57,697 nt of DNA. It comes from a virus. The notes beneath the pieces are model-generated. The model did not search any database and was not told where the DNA came from. It saw nothing but the letters and a program-made list of their open reading frames with translations. Within the stretch, counting starts at the first letter, position 1. Every line of letters begins with the position of its first letter. Shown here piece after piece: positions 16,868 to 26,018 of this stretch. The position numbers were made by a program, and so were the translations under genes. The stretch is taken from positions 1 through 57,697 of the IMG/VR virus record IMGVR_UViG_3300045988_023664; one strand, given 5' to 3'.

Positions 16868-16927
16868 ATTGCGTTACCCCTTTGCTTTTTATATATAGCA
16901 AAAGAATAACACAATACTTTTATCTTA

Positions 16928-18658
16928 TCAATACGGAAAGGCTGCTTGACCTGTCATATTTGTATAGCTGTTAGCTTTATCTTGTACCATTGTAAATAGC
17001 TTATCCGCGTCACCTTGTAATGTTATATTTACATTGTTGTTAGCTTCTGACATAGCTGCTACAACCGCATTGTAAACCGCTGGATAAACTGCATTAGCAA
17101 TACCTTGTGTAATTTCCTGTTGGTTAGCTACCGCTGTTCTTCCGTCCATAGTACCAACCATTTCAGGACCTACTTCATTTGCGACAAACAATTGCCCTTT
17201 ACCTGGGAATCCGCCGTTTGCATACCAATCAATACTGACTTTTGGTACTTTAGGCGGTGCAAGACTAAATTCTCCGTCAATTTTAAAGTGTGGTGTATCA
17301 ATGTGTGGAAATTCAAGTCCTAAATCATTCCACCACTGCTTAAAGCTGTTCCAAGCGTTCTGTATCTTAGTTTTAAAATCTTCGATAGCCACAGAAATGC
17401 GCTGAAGTGATGGCTTGCTATCCCACCAATCTACAATATCATCCCACTTTCCTTGGATTCCTTTTTTAATTCCATCGGCTAAGTTTTCCCATTTTTCCTT
17501 AGTAAACCACGGTCTCACATCATTGCTCCACCAAGAAACAATTGCGAGACTATTCCACCAACCAACGATTGAGTCCCACTTTTCTTGTATTCCTAATTTC
17601 ATTCCATCAACAGCGTCAACCCATGTTTCTTTTTCAAACCATGGTGTTACATCATTGTTCCACCAATTTACAATAGCTGTATTATTCCACCAGTCTGTAA
17701 TTTCATCCCACTTTTCTTGTACAGCAAGTTTAATATCTTCTACAGCGTCTTTAGCTTTTTTTACATACTTGCTGTCTTCTATGCTTGCTGAAAATTCTGT
17801 AATAAATTTAATAGTAACAACCCCACCAGGAACAATTAAAGAAGCTAAGATACCAGCAATTCCCCATTTGTCATATATTTCTTGGTAAGCACCCCATAAT
17901 AGCTTTATTGCAGATAAAGCTAAATCGATTGTTAAATCAGATACTTTTACTGCTATTTTACCTAAATTTATTCCTTCAATAAATTTAATTATATCTTTAC
18001 CTAATTGCTCCCAATCTACAGAACTGATAAAGCCATCTGCAAAATCTAATGTTTTGCAAATGGCTGTTGTAATTGCTTCTCCTGTTTTTTTCCACGGAAC
18101 AGCATTTATCCCTTTGTTTACTTGCTTACCTGCGTAAGTGCCTATTCCGTACCAGTCACCTTTTTTTATGGCTTTCTCTATCTTATCAGCCCACGCAATA
18201 GCCGAATTTTCCATATTGGCAAATGCTTTATTCCAAGCCGCTTCATAATCAGCCGCCGCCTTAGTAATATCATCTGTTAAGTCAATACTGCTACCGCCGC
18301 CACCGCTTGAACCCTTGCTTGAGCTTGTATCGTCCTGTAATTTATTTATTTCATCAAATCCCATAAGGGATAATGTAGCTTTCTTTGCTGAATCTGCTAC
18401 ATTTTGGTATCCGTCTGAAATATCTTCTAATCCGTCAGAAGTATCTTTGTAACCGCTTTGTCCGAAGCTCTCAAAGTCAATCTTAACGCCCATTAAAGAA
18501 GCAAGGTTGACTAATAATCTTTTGATTGCAATAGTTACTCCGTTTACTATTGGCATAACCTTTGAAAGAATTGGGATAAATAACTGTCCTGCTACCATTC
18601 CGACTTCTTTCATGTTGTTGCTAAACTGGCGTAACATATTACTTGGGGAATTAATTGT
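16928..18658 (-). CDS. Tape measure protein, proposed exon 2
   Basis: Starts at TINSPSNMLRQFSNNMKEVGMVAGQLFIPILSKVMPIVNG, the hydrophobic TMP core. Periodic Trp repeats (WWNN..V.PWF.KE.W) follow. The ORF track extends it upstream to 18769 only because the frame happens to be open. Confidence 0.7.
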   Translation of the reverse strand, partial: TINSPSNMLRQFSNNMKEVGMVAGQLFIPILSKVMPIVNGVTIAIKRLLVNLASLMGVKIDFESFGQSGYKDTSDGLEDISDGYQNVADSAKKATLSLMGFDEINKLQDDTSSSKGSSGGGGSSIDLTDDITKAAADYEAAWNKAFANMENSAIAWADKIEKAIKKGDWYGIGTYAGKQVNKGINAVPWKKTGEAITTAICKTLDFADGFISSVDWEQLGKDIIKFIEGINLGKIAVKVSDLTIDLALSAIKLLWGAYQEIYDKWGIAGILASLIVPGGVVTIKFITEFSASIEDSKYVKKAKDAVEDIKLAVQEKWDEITDWWNNTAIVNWWNNDVTPWFEKETWVDAVDGMKLGIQEKWDSIVGWWNSLAIVSWWSNDVRPWFTKEKWENLADGIKKGIQGKWDDIVDWWDSKPSLQRISVAIEDFKTKIQNAWNSFKQWWNDLGLEFPHIDTPHFKIDGEFSLAPPKVPKVSIDWYANGGFPGKGQLFVANEVGPEMVGTMDGRTAVANQQEITQGIANAVYPAVYNAVVAAMSEANNNVNITLQGDADKLFTMVQDKANSYTNMTGQAAFPY

Positions 18659-18998
18659 CAATTTGTTATCGTATAGGCTCTTTATCCTATACTTCTTATA
18701 GTTTCCTATAAGTTCAGAGTACATTATCACCCACGTTTTTGCGTTTGGTTTGGTGGTAGCCACTTCCACCTCATATCGCCCTATATGCGATAGTGTCGGA
18801 CACTCTTGGGAATGTTATATTTATTCAATTCCTACTCGTTACGATACTCAATAGCCTGTTCGTAATCTATTGAGTTATCTCGGTATTAGCATAGTTGAAA
18901 AACTTTAGCCTTTACCGATTTTGCCCGATTGTCATAAGATGTTTCCATTCTTATGCAACACTTGGAAGATAAGTTATGTCATTAACTTTCTTCCGTCT
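18659..18998 (-). ncRNA. Candidate ORF-less group I-type intron in the tape measure gene (340 nt)
   Basis: It interrupts the motif WGDLAN|TINSPSNMLRQ. The exon-1 last base is U, the insert's last base is G, and the junction is phase 0. At least 9 perfect hairpins are present, including a 7-bp stem capped by GAAA. See findings. Confidence 0.6.
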
Positions 18999-20270
18999 AT
19001 TAGCTAAATCGCCCCAAGATACTTTACTTTGGTCTAATATTGCCAACACTCTTAATTGCTGTTTTTCCATCTGCGTCATTTCTGATACAGACTTAGAAAT
19101 GCCTAAGTTATAAGCATATGTCGCTAATGTAGCATTAGTAATATCAATACCATACTTATATAATGCCCTTGATTGACCGATTAAGCCGCTTTGTAAGTTC
19201 TGTGCTACTGTTGAATAGTCCACATTAAAAAGCGAGCTTATATCACCTGCAAGCATTGTCATTGACTTTGTTATAGCCGTTGTCGCTTCACCAGTCTGTC
19301 CTAATGAATTAGTGACAGAAGCTAACTGCGAAGCATACTGCGTTATCTCTTGTATGTTAAGTCCTAAGTTTTTTGCTCCGCTTTCTTCAAGCAAGCCACC
19401 TTGAACATTAACCTTAAGTCCGGACAGCTTTCCGAGAGTATCATTTACTCTGTTCTGAAAGCTTTCTGCGTATGCTGTAGCATTATCATATCCGTACTTT
19501 TCATAATCCTTATCCCATTCTGAACCGATTTTACCAAATGCAACTGCTTGATAGTTAAACGCTTCAATGTAATCTGTTGTTGATTTTATAGCTTCTATAA
19601 GTTTCTTACTGCCACGAATTACCATAAAATAAGTTGCATAGAACTTACCTATTGCACTTGCTAAGCTCCAACTACTTCTAGTTGCTGTCCTAGCGCTTGT
19701 AGATACTCCATACAGCGACTTTTGAAGTGGGTTTGAAGAAGTACCCACCTTGCTACCTTGACTAGCAAGATTAGCTAATGCGTTAGTCATAGCAATAACA
19801 TTACTACTTACATTAGGTGCTCTTGATAATGTGGTCATTAAGCCATTCAGTGCATTACCCAGTTTAGGGATATTCACTGTGGCATTTTCAATACTTTTAC
19901 TGCCTAGCTTGCCAAGTGACTTTGCAAATTCTGTAACCTGTGTTGCGTTCTGTGGTATGGCTGATATGCTTGCAACCGCTTTCGTAACGGCTTCAAGTGA
20001 TGTAGCTGTGTTAGCAAGTGCGGCTGAATCAACAGAACCTATCTTTGTGATGTTCTTAGCAAGTCTTGTAAAATCTGCTGTTCCTGCGTTCATATTCTGC
20101 ATAGCAGAACCTAACTGACTAACGCCGTTTGCAAGGTTGCTTAATGATGAGCCATTCACAGTCGCAAGTGATGTAGATAGCCTTGTAAGCTGATTTATCA
20201 ATTTATCAACAGAATTAATAGCTTTAGTGGCAGTACCGGTAATTTTGACTTCTAATGAATCTAATTCCAC
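18999..20270 (-). CDS. Tape measure protein, proposed exon 1
   Basis: Ala/Ser/Thr-rich helical N-terminal TMP region ending ...QLRVLAILDQSKVSWGDLAN. The unspliced frame stops 15 codons later (at 18951). Confidence 0.7.
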
Positions 20271-20284
20271 GCCTTAGCCCCCTT

Positions 20285-20650
20285 TTATAGGATTGTTGGC
20301 GGTAGTCCTTTCTTTTCAGTCTGTGCCGCCCATTTTTGCTCATTGAGTAACATCAGCTGTAACTCCTTATCATATGTATCTTCTTCACTTTCTTCTGTTT
20401 TTTCTGATAAAATAGCTTGTTTAGGATATTCAATGTGTACATCTTTATTAAATGCTGCACCTATTCCGCAAGAAATAGCTGGAATTGCATAAACTAAAAA
20501 CCAGTTATACATTTCTGCGTCTCGATTTTGTCTATCAATTTTTTTGCCTTTTGCATATAGTAATAATTTTGTAGGTGTCATTTTTAAAAAGTCCGAATAA
20601 CTAACGCCTAGTGAACTGGCTAAAACAAAGTATTCTTCCCAGATTATTTT
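20285..20650 (-). CDS. Tail assembly chaperone -1 frameshift extension (gpT-like part)
   Basis: The -1 frame is open from the A_AAA_TAA site at 20650-20644 through the track ORF 20285..20581. Confidence 0.55.
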   Translation of the reverse strand, partial: KIIWEEYFVLASSLGVSYSDFLKMTPTKLLLYAKGKKIDRQNRDAEMYNWFLVYAIPAISCGIGAAFNKDVHIEYPKQAILSEKTEESEEDTYDKELQLMLLNEQKWAAQTEKKGLPPTIL

Positions 20651-21132
20651 GTGGAAGTCTGCTTTTTCTTGTGGTCTTGTGGAACTACTGTCGGCTTCTT
20701 CTGTTCCTGTGTCGCTTCTTCCACATTGTTCGCCATTTCCTCTAACATCGCTGTTATTCCGCTCAGCTCGAAAAAACCATCATCTTCCATCGCTTTCTTT
20801 ATTTCTTCAAACAATGTTCTATATCCGTAACTCTTATCTGTCTTTCTCTTCTCTGTAATATATGCTCTAGTGAGTTCCTTTGCTTCATCCATTGTTACAG
20901 GGTTATTATCAATACAACCTGCATAAATGGCTAATATACAAATCTCCGGCACATCTGCTGTCATATTTGCTAATCCATCAAAGGAAGCCTGTGCAACGCT
21001 TTTATCTGTCTGTGCAAGTAAGTAAGAGCCATTTACGACACTAAACATCTTCTGTACTATCTCCTTGCATTCTGCCGCACCGAATGAGAACTCAACTTTG
21101 TATTCTTTTCCATTTACATTAATATTCATCAT
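20644..21132 (-). CDS. Tail assembly chaperone (gpG-like)
   Basis: Position between the major tail and tape measure genes, with an acidic C-terminus. Confidence 0.65.
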   Translation of the reverse strand: MMNINVNGKEYKVEFSFGAAECKEIVQKMFSVVNGSYLLAQTDKSVAQASFDGLANMTADVPEICILAIYAGCIDNNPVTMDEAKELTRAYITEKRKTDKSYGYRTLFEEIKKAMEDDGFFELSGITAMLEEMANNVEEATQEQKKPTVVPQDHKKKQTSTK

Positions 21133-21304
21133 AATTTTTACCCTTTCCCACCCTATCGTCCATATAGGGAAAGGTGCGGATTTTACACCGCACCTACCTT
21201 TTAAAATAATTATTCTGTTACATCATCAAGATATGATGTGTAGTCGGCTGTTTTGGCGTTTGTGCCACCAATCGACACAGCCTTTGATTTAGTCGATTGG
21301 CTTA

Positions 21305-21787
21305 TTATTCCCCCACCTTTGTTACTGTGAACGTGCCACCAGCACCCTCGACAACTTGAAGCTTGTCTGTGCATTCGATAGGTGAAGTATTAGGAACTGC
21401 TGTTACTGTCATTTCAAGTACCGAATCAGTACCAGAAACGTCATTAGGCGTTGCTGTTACCTGCCCCACAAATGCGTACTTAGCAACCGCACCTAATCCG
21501 TCAGAACCATATAACTGAATAATATCTAACTGCTTACCCTCTGCTTTGATTAAGTCTTGCAAATAAGCCTTTTCAAGGTTTCCTGTGTAAGTCTTAGCGT
21601 CAGATGTTTTGATACCCATTAGGAATGTCTGTGAATCATCTTCAAATGTTGTACTTTCAACTGTGTTAGGTGCTGATACTGGTGCTGAAATCGACTTAGC
21701 CGCTACCATTAACTTGTATGAGCCTGCAAAACCATCTTCGCTATGCTCCTTGTAGATAACCCTAGCTTTATAACTTGTACTTGCCAT
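21305..21787 (-). CDS. Major tail protein
   Basis: Position directly upstream of the chaperone pair, and a beta-rich 160-aa protein. Confidence 0.6.
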   Translation of the reverse strand: MASTSYKARVIYKEHSEDGFAGSYKLMVAAKSISAPVSAPNTVESTTFEDDSQTFLMGIKTSDAKTYTGNLEKAYLQDLIKAEGKQLDIIQLYGSDGLGAVAKYAFVGQVTATPNDVSGTDSVLEMTVTAVPNTSPIECTDKLQVVEGAGGTFTVTKVGE

Positions 21788-21842
21788 TGCTTTGTCTACC
21801 TCCTAAAAATTTGCAAAAAAATAAGAGCATTTCTGCTCTTTG

Positions 21843-22259
21843 TTACATCAATCTGTCATTTGCCGCTATCATTCGTCTGAATCTAGCGGTACTCTTGTGT
21901 ACTTTATTGCTGATTGAAAATTCTGGCATTGCATTGCCTTGAAATCTCATTGTCTTAAGTGCATCTGTAATTACTGTCATAACTTTACGGCAATCAGCTT
22001 TGCTTGTGTTAGTGGTAACATCTACTTGGAATGTTGCTAACAATGCGTTAATTGTCTGTCCGTCAAGCGTTTGCCCTTGTTCAATCGCTGGCAGTAAATG
22101 AATGTATACTGTTGGGAATACTGCTTGACCGCTGTTTTCCCCTTCATTTGTTATGGCTATCTTCGAATATGTCTTTTTAAGCTGTGTTAGGGTTTTAGCT
22201 TTGATAAGCGTTGTGACTGTGCTTTCAAGGTCTATCGCCCAATCGTTTGCATTTGCCAT
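21843..22259 (-). CDS. Tail terminator / head-tail joining protein
   Basis: Synteny only. Confidence 0.45.
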   Translation of the reverse strand: MANANDWAIDLESTVTTLIKAKTLTQLKKTYSKIAITNEGENSGQAVFPTVYIHLLPAIEQGQTLDGQTINALLATFQVDVTTNTSKADCRKVMTVITDALKTMRFQGNAMPEFSISNKVHKSTARFRRMIAANDRLM

Positions 22260-22801
22260 TAACTAAACACCTCTTTCGCTATACGCTTATACTGATTAAC
22301 AATTTCCATTGTGGCGTTATACATAGGCATTGTAGCTTTAACGCCGTGTGTGTAGTGCCATTGATTATCACTTCCAAGGTAATACCACCCATCTTCAAAT
22401 GCGTGTATCTGCCCCGGATATGTGCCTACGCCTAAGTTGAAATCATTAGCCTTAGGGTTTTCGTTGCCGTTGTTGTAGTAAATACCAGCACCAAATTCAA
22501 TCGCTAACAGTGTGTAAAATGGCTCTCTATCTTCTACCTCAACAGTTTTACCTGTAGCAATTAAAATAGCTTGGTAGCCATCTTGAATAGGCTTTCTGTC
22601 AACTCTTAATGTTACTGTTCTGCCTAATGGACTTTCATTAGCACTCATAATTGCCGCTTTGTCGCCTAATTCTGCTAATCGTTCAACAAGCAATTCGCAC
22701 TTATACTGTAATGTTTGCTTATACTGTTGTAGCTGTCTTATTGCCCCTTGTATTGAACTTTCTGATAAAGATACATTAATTGTATGTTTAGCCATAGTCA
22801 C
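22259..22801 (-). CDS. Head-tail joining / tail completion protein
   Basis: Synteny only (HK97 gp10-like position). Confidence 0.45.
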   Translation of the reverse strand: MTMAKHTINVSLSESSIQGAIRQLQQYKQTLQYKCELLVERLAELGDKAAIMSANESPLGRTVTLRVDRKPIQDGYQAILIATGKTVEVEDREPFYTLLAIEFGAGIYYNNGNENPKANDFNLGVGTYPGQIHAFEDGWYYLGSDNQWHYTHGVKATMPMYNATMEIVNQYKRIAKEVFS

Positions 22802-23260
22802 CTACTTTACAACCGCTTTAAGCATATACTTAGTTGAACACAATGCCGGTTTCGTACCTACAATCGTGAAGTCCGCTGATGTTTCATCAATAAGGCTATC
22901 ATCTGTGTATGTAGGCTTGCTATCAAGCCAGATAAGGTCGCCTTTTTGAACAGGCAACATATTCCTATCTGTCAGTAAAATAGCGTCAAAATCAGCGGTA
23001 TCAAAGCCATATTCTTTACTCTGTGCTTCTCCGCCGCTGAACGATATGTTAGCTTTAAAATCAACTGGCTCTGAAAAACCTGTTTTTTCCTCAAGGACTT
23101 TGGGTATCTTGTTTCCTTCATCATCAAGATAAGGAATGAAGTTACCCTCTGTGTCGGTATATCCCTCATAAAGGATATTGCCCTCATCATCTCTTTCGTA
23201 AATAGTTACAGTCTGCCCTTGAAGCGAATACTTCATAGCCTGTTTATTAATATCAAGCAT
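22802..23260 (-). CDS. Head closure / head-tail adaptor protein
   Basis: Synteny only. Confidence 0.4.
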   Translation of the reverse strand: MLDINKQAMKYSLQGQTVTIYERDDEGNILYEGYTDTEGNFIPYLDDEGNKIPKVLEEKTGFSEPVDFKANISFSGGEAQSKEYGFDTADFDAILLTDRNMLPVQKGDLIWLDSKPTYTDDSLIDETSADFTIVGTKPALCSTKYMLKAVVK

Positions 23261-23522
23261 TGTTCTTTACCTGCTTGTAAATCTGATTTACACCCGTGCT
23301 TGACAGCCCCGACACGATACCTACAGCTATTGCATTAAGAATGTCATTAGCTGGATAATTTGGGATTACATACATACCGATAACGCCTAAGATAGCACCT
23401 GCAACGCCTACGATTATAGGAATGTAATTATCCTTAATGTGCGGAATTGCCTTAGCTCCTAAGCCTATCAGATATGTTATTACAACGATTGCAACTACTG
23501 TTGATACTGATGTTATATCCAT
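23253..23522 (-). CDS. Holin (three predicted TM helices)
   Basis: An 89-aa protein with three hydrophobic stretches and the C-terminal motif GLSSTGVNQIYKQ, typical of Firmicutes phage holins. Confidence 0.6.
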   Translation of the reverse strand: MDITSVSTVVAIVVITYLIGLGAKAIPHIKDNYIPIIVGVAGAILGVIGMYVIPNYPANDILNAIAVGIVSGLSSTGVNQIYKQVKNNA

Positions 23523-23827
23523 TAGTCTTTACCTCCATTCTTTAAGTGAATTTCCTGTATTTCGTTATACATTTTGGTTACCATACCATTACCGCCCAAT
23601 GCGTGGTATGCGTTATACATTTCAACAAAATTGTCATAAGCATAGGATGGTATTTCACCGAGTTTCATATACTTATCGTGGTATTCGATAAGCTGTACAC
23701 GCAAAAGTAACATTGTACCTTTGCTATTGGCGTCTTTGTCCTTTTTTTGCTGTTTAAGGAGCCAGACAATATAACCTAATACGATAGGTAATATTATTGT
23801 ATATGTCTGTAATAAAAATTCTTTCAT
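23522..23827 (-). CDS. Single-pass membrane protein coupled to the holin gene
   Basis: ATG at 23827 after AGGAGA. N-terminal TM segment (LLQTYTIILPIVLGYIVWLL). Its stop overlaps the holin start. Confidence 0.5.
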   Translation of the reverse strand: MKEFLLQTYTIILPIVLGYIVWLLKQQKKDKDANSKGTMLLLRVQLIEYHDKYMKLGEIPSYAYDNFVEMYNAYHALGGNGMVTKMYNEIQEIHLKNGGKD

Positions 23828-23931
23828 TTTATATCTCCTGTAATTATTAATAGGCACACCGCCCACCACCCTTAATGTGTGCCGCCTGCTAACATATTGC
23901 CGACATCAGCAAAATGCTAACGCACAATCTT

Positions 23932-24309
23932 CTATAACACTTTAGCAAATGGAAATACCCCAACAAATAAGCTATCTCTGTCTTTCCAAGTTCTGTTTAC
24001 GCCGTTCTCATTGTAACTTGCCATAAATGCTTCGCCTGCTTGTGAATGGTCATAAACTGCAAGATTAACGATAACACTTTCAAACTTCTTCAAATCTTCG
24101 GTTATCATTTCATCTGTGTAGCTGTCAGGGTAGTTTCTTCTTGCCTTTACATCTTCTGTAGCCTGCTTAATAAGCTGTTCGATTATCGGATTATCTTCTT
24201 TGTTATCAAACACTACCACATCAGATGTTGTTTCATCATCATTTGTGACTGTATCAATATGAAATTGTTTAAGTTTGATTTTGACCTGCTCTAATGTGGT
24301 GTATTCCAT
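23932..24309 (-). CDS. Head-tail connector (gp6-like)
   Basis: Position after the capsid gene and an acidic 125-aa protein. Recollection-level family match. Confidence 0.5.
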   Translation of the reverse strand: MEYTTLEQVKIKLKQFHIDTVTNDDETTSDVVVFDNKEDNPIIEQLIKQATEDVKARRNYPDSYTDEMITEDLKKFESVIVNLAVYDHSQAGEAFMASYNENGVNRTWKDRDSLFVGVFPFAKVL

Positions 24310-24318
24310 AACTATCTC

Positions 24319-24546
24319 CTATAATCCTAATTTCTCGATTAACAGCTTCTTTAATTCTGCTCCTGTGAGTTCTTCTGCATTGTCTATACCTTGCCCTGCG
24401 GCAAACGCCTGTAAATCAGATGTAGACATACGATTTATGGTTGTTTTGCTATAATCAAAAGAAGCCCCAGAATTATTGTTTTCTGGAACTTCTTCGCCTG
24501 CATTATACCATTTACCATTTTGAACTACTATATATGGATATTTCAT
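24319..24546 (-). CDS. Small protein with a C-terminal HeH/Rho-N-like motif
   Basis: The sequence ...LTGAELKKLLIEKLGL at the C-terminus. Confidence 0.45.
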   Translation of the reverse strand: MKYPYIVVQNGKWYNAGEEVPENNNSGASFDYSKTTINRMSTSDLQAFAAGQGIDNAEELTGAELKKLLIEKLGL

Positions 24547-24557
24547 AGTTGCACCTC

Positions 24558-25631
24558 CTACTCTTCGCTATGAACCTCATATACGAATGTGCTATCCATA
24601 TTCTCATATGATGGAAGTACAACTTCTGAAGCAAATGTTGACATCTTCATAGGTGGTCCATACTCTGTCTTTGTAGCGACTGTAATACCTATACCATATG
24701 TTGTAACATCTACATCAGCCACTTGTCTTGCTGTTCTTTCTTCTGGTGTAGTACCGAACCAAGTATTACCAAGATTGCCCTCTGGAAGAAGTGTAACCTT
24801 ATTATCTGGATAGAAATACTGCTCCTTACCATCATCATCAATGTACATCTTATCGTAAAGTACGATAGTGAGCTTTGTTCTCTTCTGCACTACTGAAATA
24901 ACAGTATCATCATCAACCTCAATAGTTGCTGTAAGATTCTGTGCAAGGATTGAGTTCCTTATCTGTGCATTATCAAGCAGATACTGGAATGTGTTACTAT
25001 TCATAAGTACATATCTAGCAACCTTACCCTGCTTCTGCAACTTCTTTCTTGCATTGTTAAGGTCTGTAAGTGGCTTTGAATTAGCTGTATCGCTCCACAT
25101 ACTTGTGCCGGATAACTTTGCGTAATGGTCTTTTGCGTATGAACCATCTTTGTCATAATCATAGGCATACTGAACGCCATCACTCACGATAGCAATTACC
25201 GGGTGTCCTGCGTTTGTCGCAAGAAGTGACATTCTCATTCGCTCTGGTACAACCTCTGCACCACTTACAAGATTATTTGTATCGTCATACACGCTTGATA
25301 AAGCACTAGCAAGATATGGGTCGTCCGCAGACTGAATACGCTCGATTTCAAGCATTTCTTCTTCGCCAACTGTCATTCCCTCACGGAAAAATGCCATCTG
25401 TGTTTTTTCTTTGCTTAATCCCTCTCTAGCTCTAAGTGTTGGGATTGTGTCAAAGTTAGATGGCGCAAGTGATACTGGAAGTCCTTTGTGTGTCTTAATC
25501 CAGCTTAAATCAAGCCCCTGCTTCTTTCTTTCTGGAAACCACTGTAAGCCAAGATAAGGTATCTGGTTACTAGCGTTTTCTGTTGCCGATAATGCAATAG
25601 ACTTACTGTCTAATACTTCATTAATTAACAT
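24558..25631 (-). CDS. Major capsid protein (lambda gpE-like family)
   Basis: A 357-aa protein downstream of the scaffold and decoration genes. The sequence style matches Phage_cap_E as I recall it. Confidence 0.75.
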   Translation of the reverse strand: MLINEVLDSKSIALSATENASNQIPYLGLQWFPERKKQGLDLSWIKTHKGLPVSLAPSNFDTIPTLRAREGLSKEKTQMAFFREGMTVGEEEMLEIERIQSADDPYLASALSSVYDDTNNLVSGAEVVPERMRMSLLATNAGHPVIAIVSDGVQYAYDYDKDGSYAKDHYAKLSGTSMWSDTANSKPLTDLNNARKKLQKQGKVARYVLMNSNTFQYLLDNAQIRNSILAQNLTATIEVDDDTVISVVQKRTKLTIVLYDKMYIDDDGKEQYFYPDNKVTLLPEGNLGNTWFGTTPEERTARQVADVDVTTYGIGITVATKTEYGPPMKMSTFASEVVLPSYENMDSTFVYEVHSEE

Positions 25632-25648
25632 CTGTTTACCTCCTGTTA

Positions 25649-26002
25649 TTATTCAAATACAATCATTGGAAGAGCTGTCTTAACTGTTGCGTCATATGTA
25701 ACGCCTGAGTGTGCTTCTGCCACCTTTGTATTAAGGTATGCTTTCTTAAGTAGTACTCCCTGTGGTCTATCCTCTGTTACATCAAACCTTAAAATACCCA
25801 CTACTGTAGCTGTATTGTCAGCCTTGCCGGTTGCTCCGATTGGAGTGCCTGCTTTGACAATTTTCTTGCCCTGCGCATTTTTAGTTGTTACTCCATCAAA
25901 ATCAAGTGTTAATGGGATTGCTTCGTTAGGCTCTCTTTTTAAAATCTGAACATCTCCTGCGTATGAAGTCTTTTCATACTGCATATTCATTTCCTTTGCC
26001 AT
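25649..26002 (-). CDS. Putative head decoration protein
   Basis: A 117-aa beta-rich protein immediately upstream of the capsid gene. Confidence 0.45.
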   Translation of the reverse strand: MAKEMNMQYEKTSYAGDVQILKREPNEAIPLTLDFDGVTTKNAQGKKIVKAGTPIGATGKADNTATVVGILRFDVTEDRPQGVLLKKAYLNTKVAEAHSGVTYDATVKTALPMIVFE

Positions 26003-26018
26003 TTCTTACCTCCTGTTA

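Noticed and set aside
18770-18950. The tape measure interruption as a simple intergenic gap between two independent genes, or as translational bypassing
   Set aside because: The break falls inside a conserved tape measure motif that is restored exactly, in phase, by removing 340 nt. That is too long for known ribosomal hops (about 50 nt). The downstream ORF's apparent start at 18769 lacks an RBS context and encodes non-tape-measure-like sequence. A pseudogene or assembly error cannot be fully excluded.
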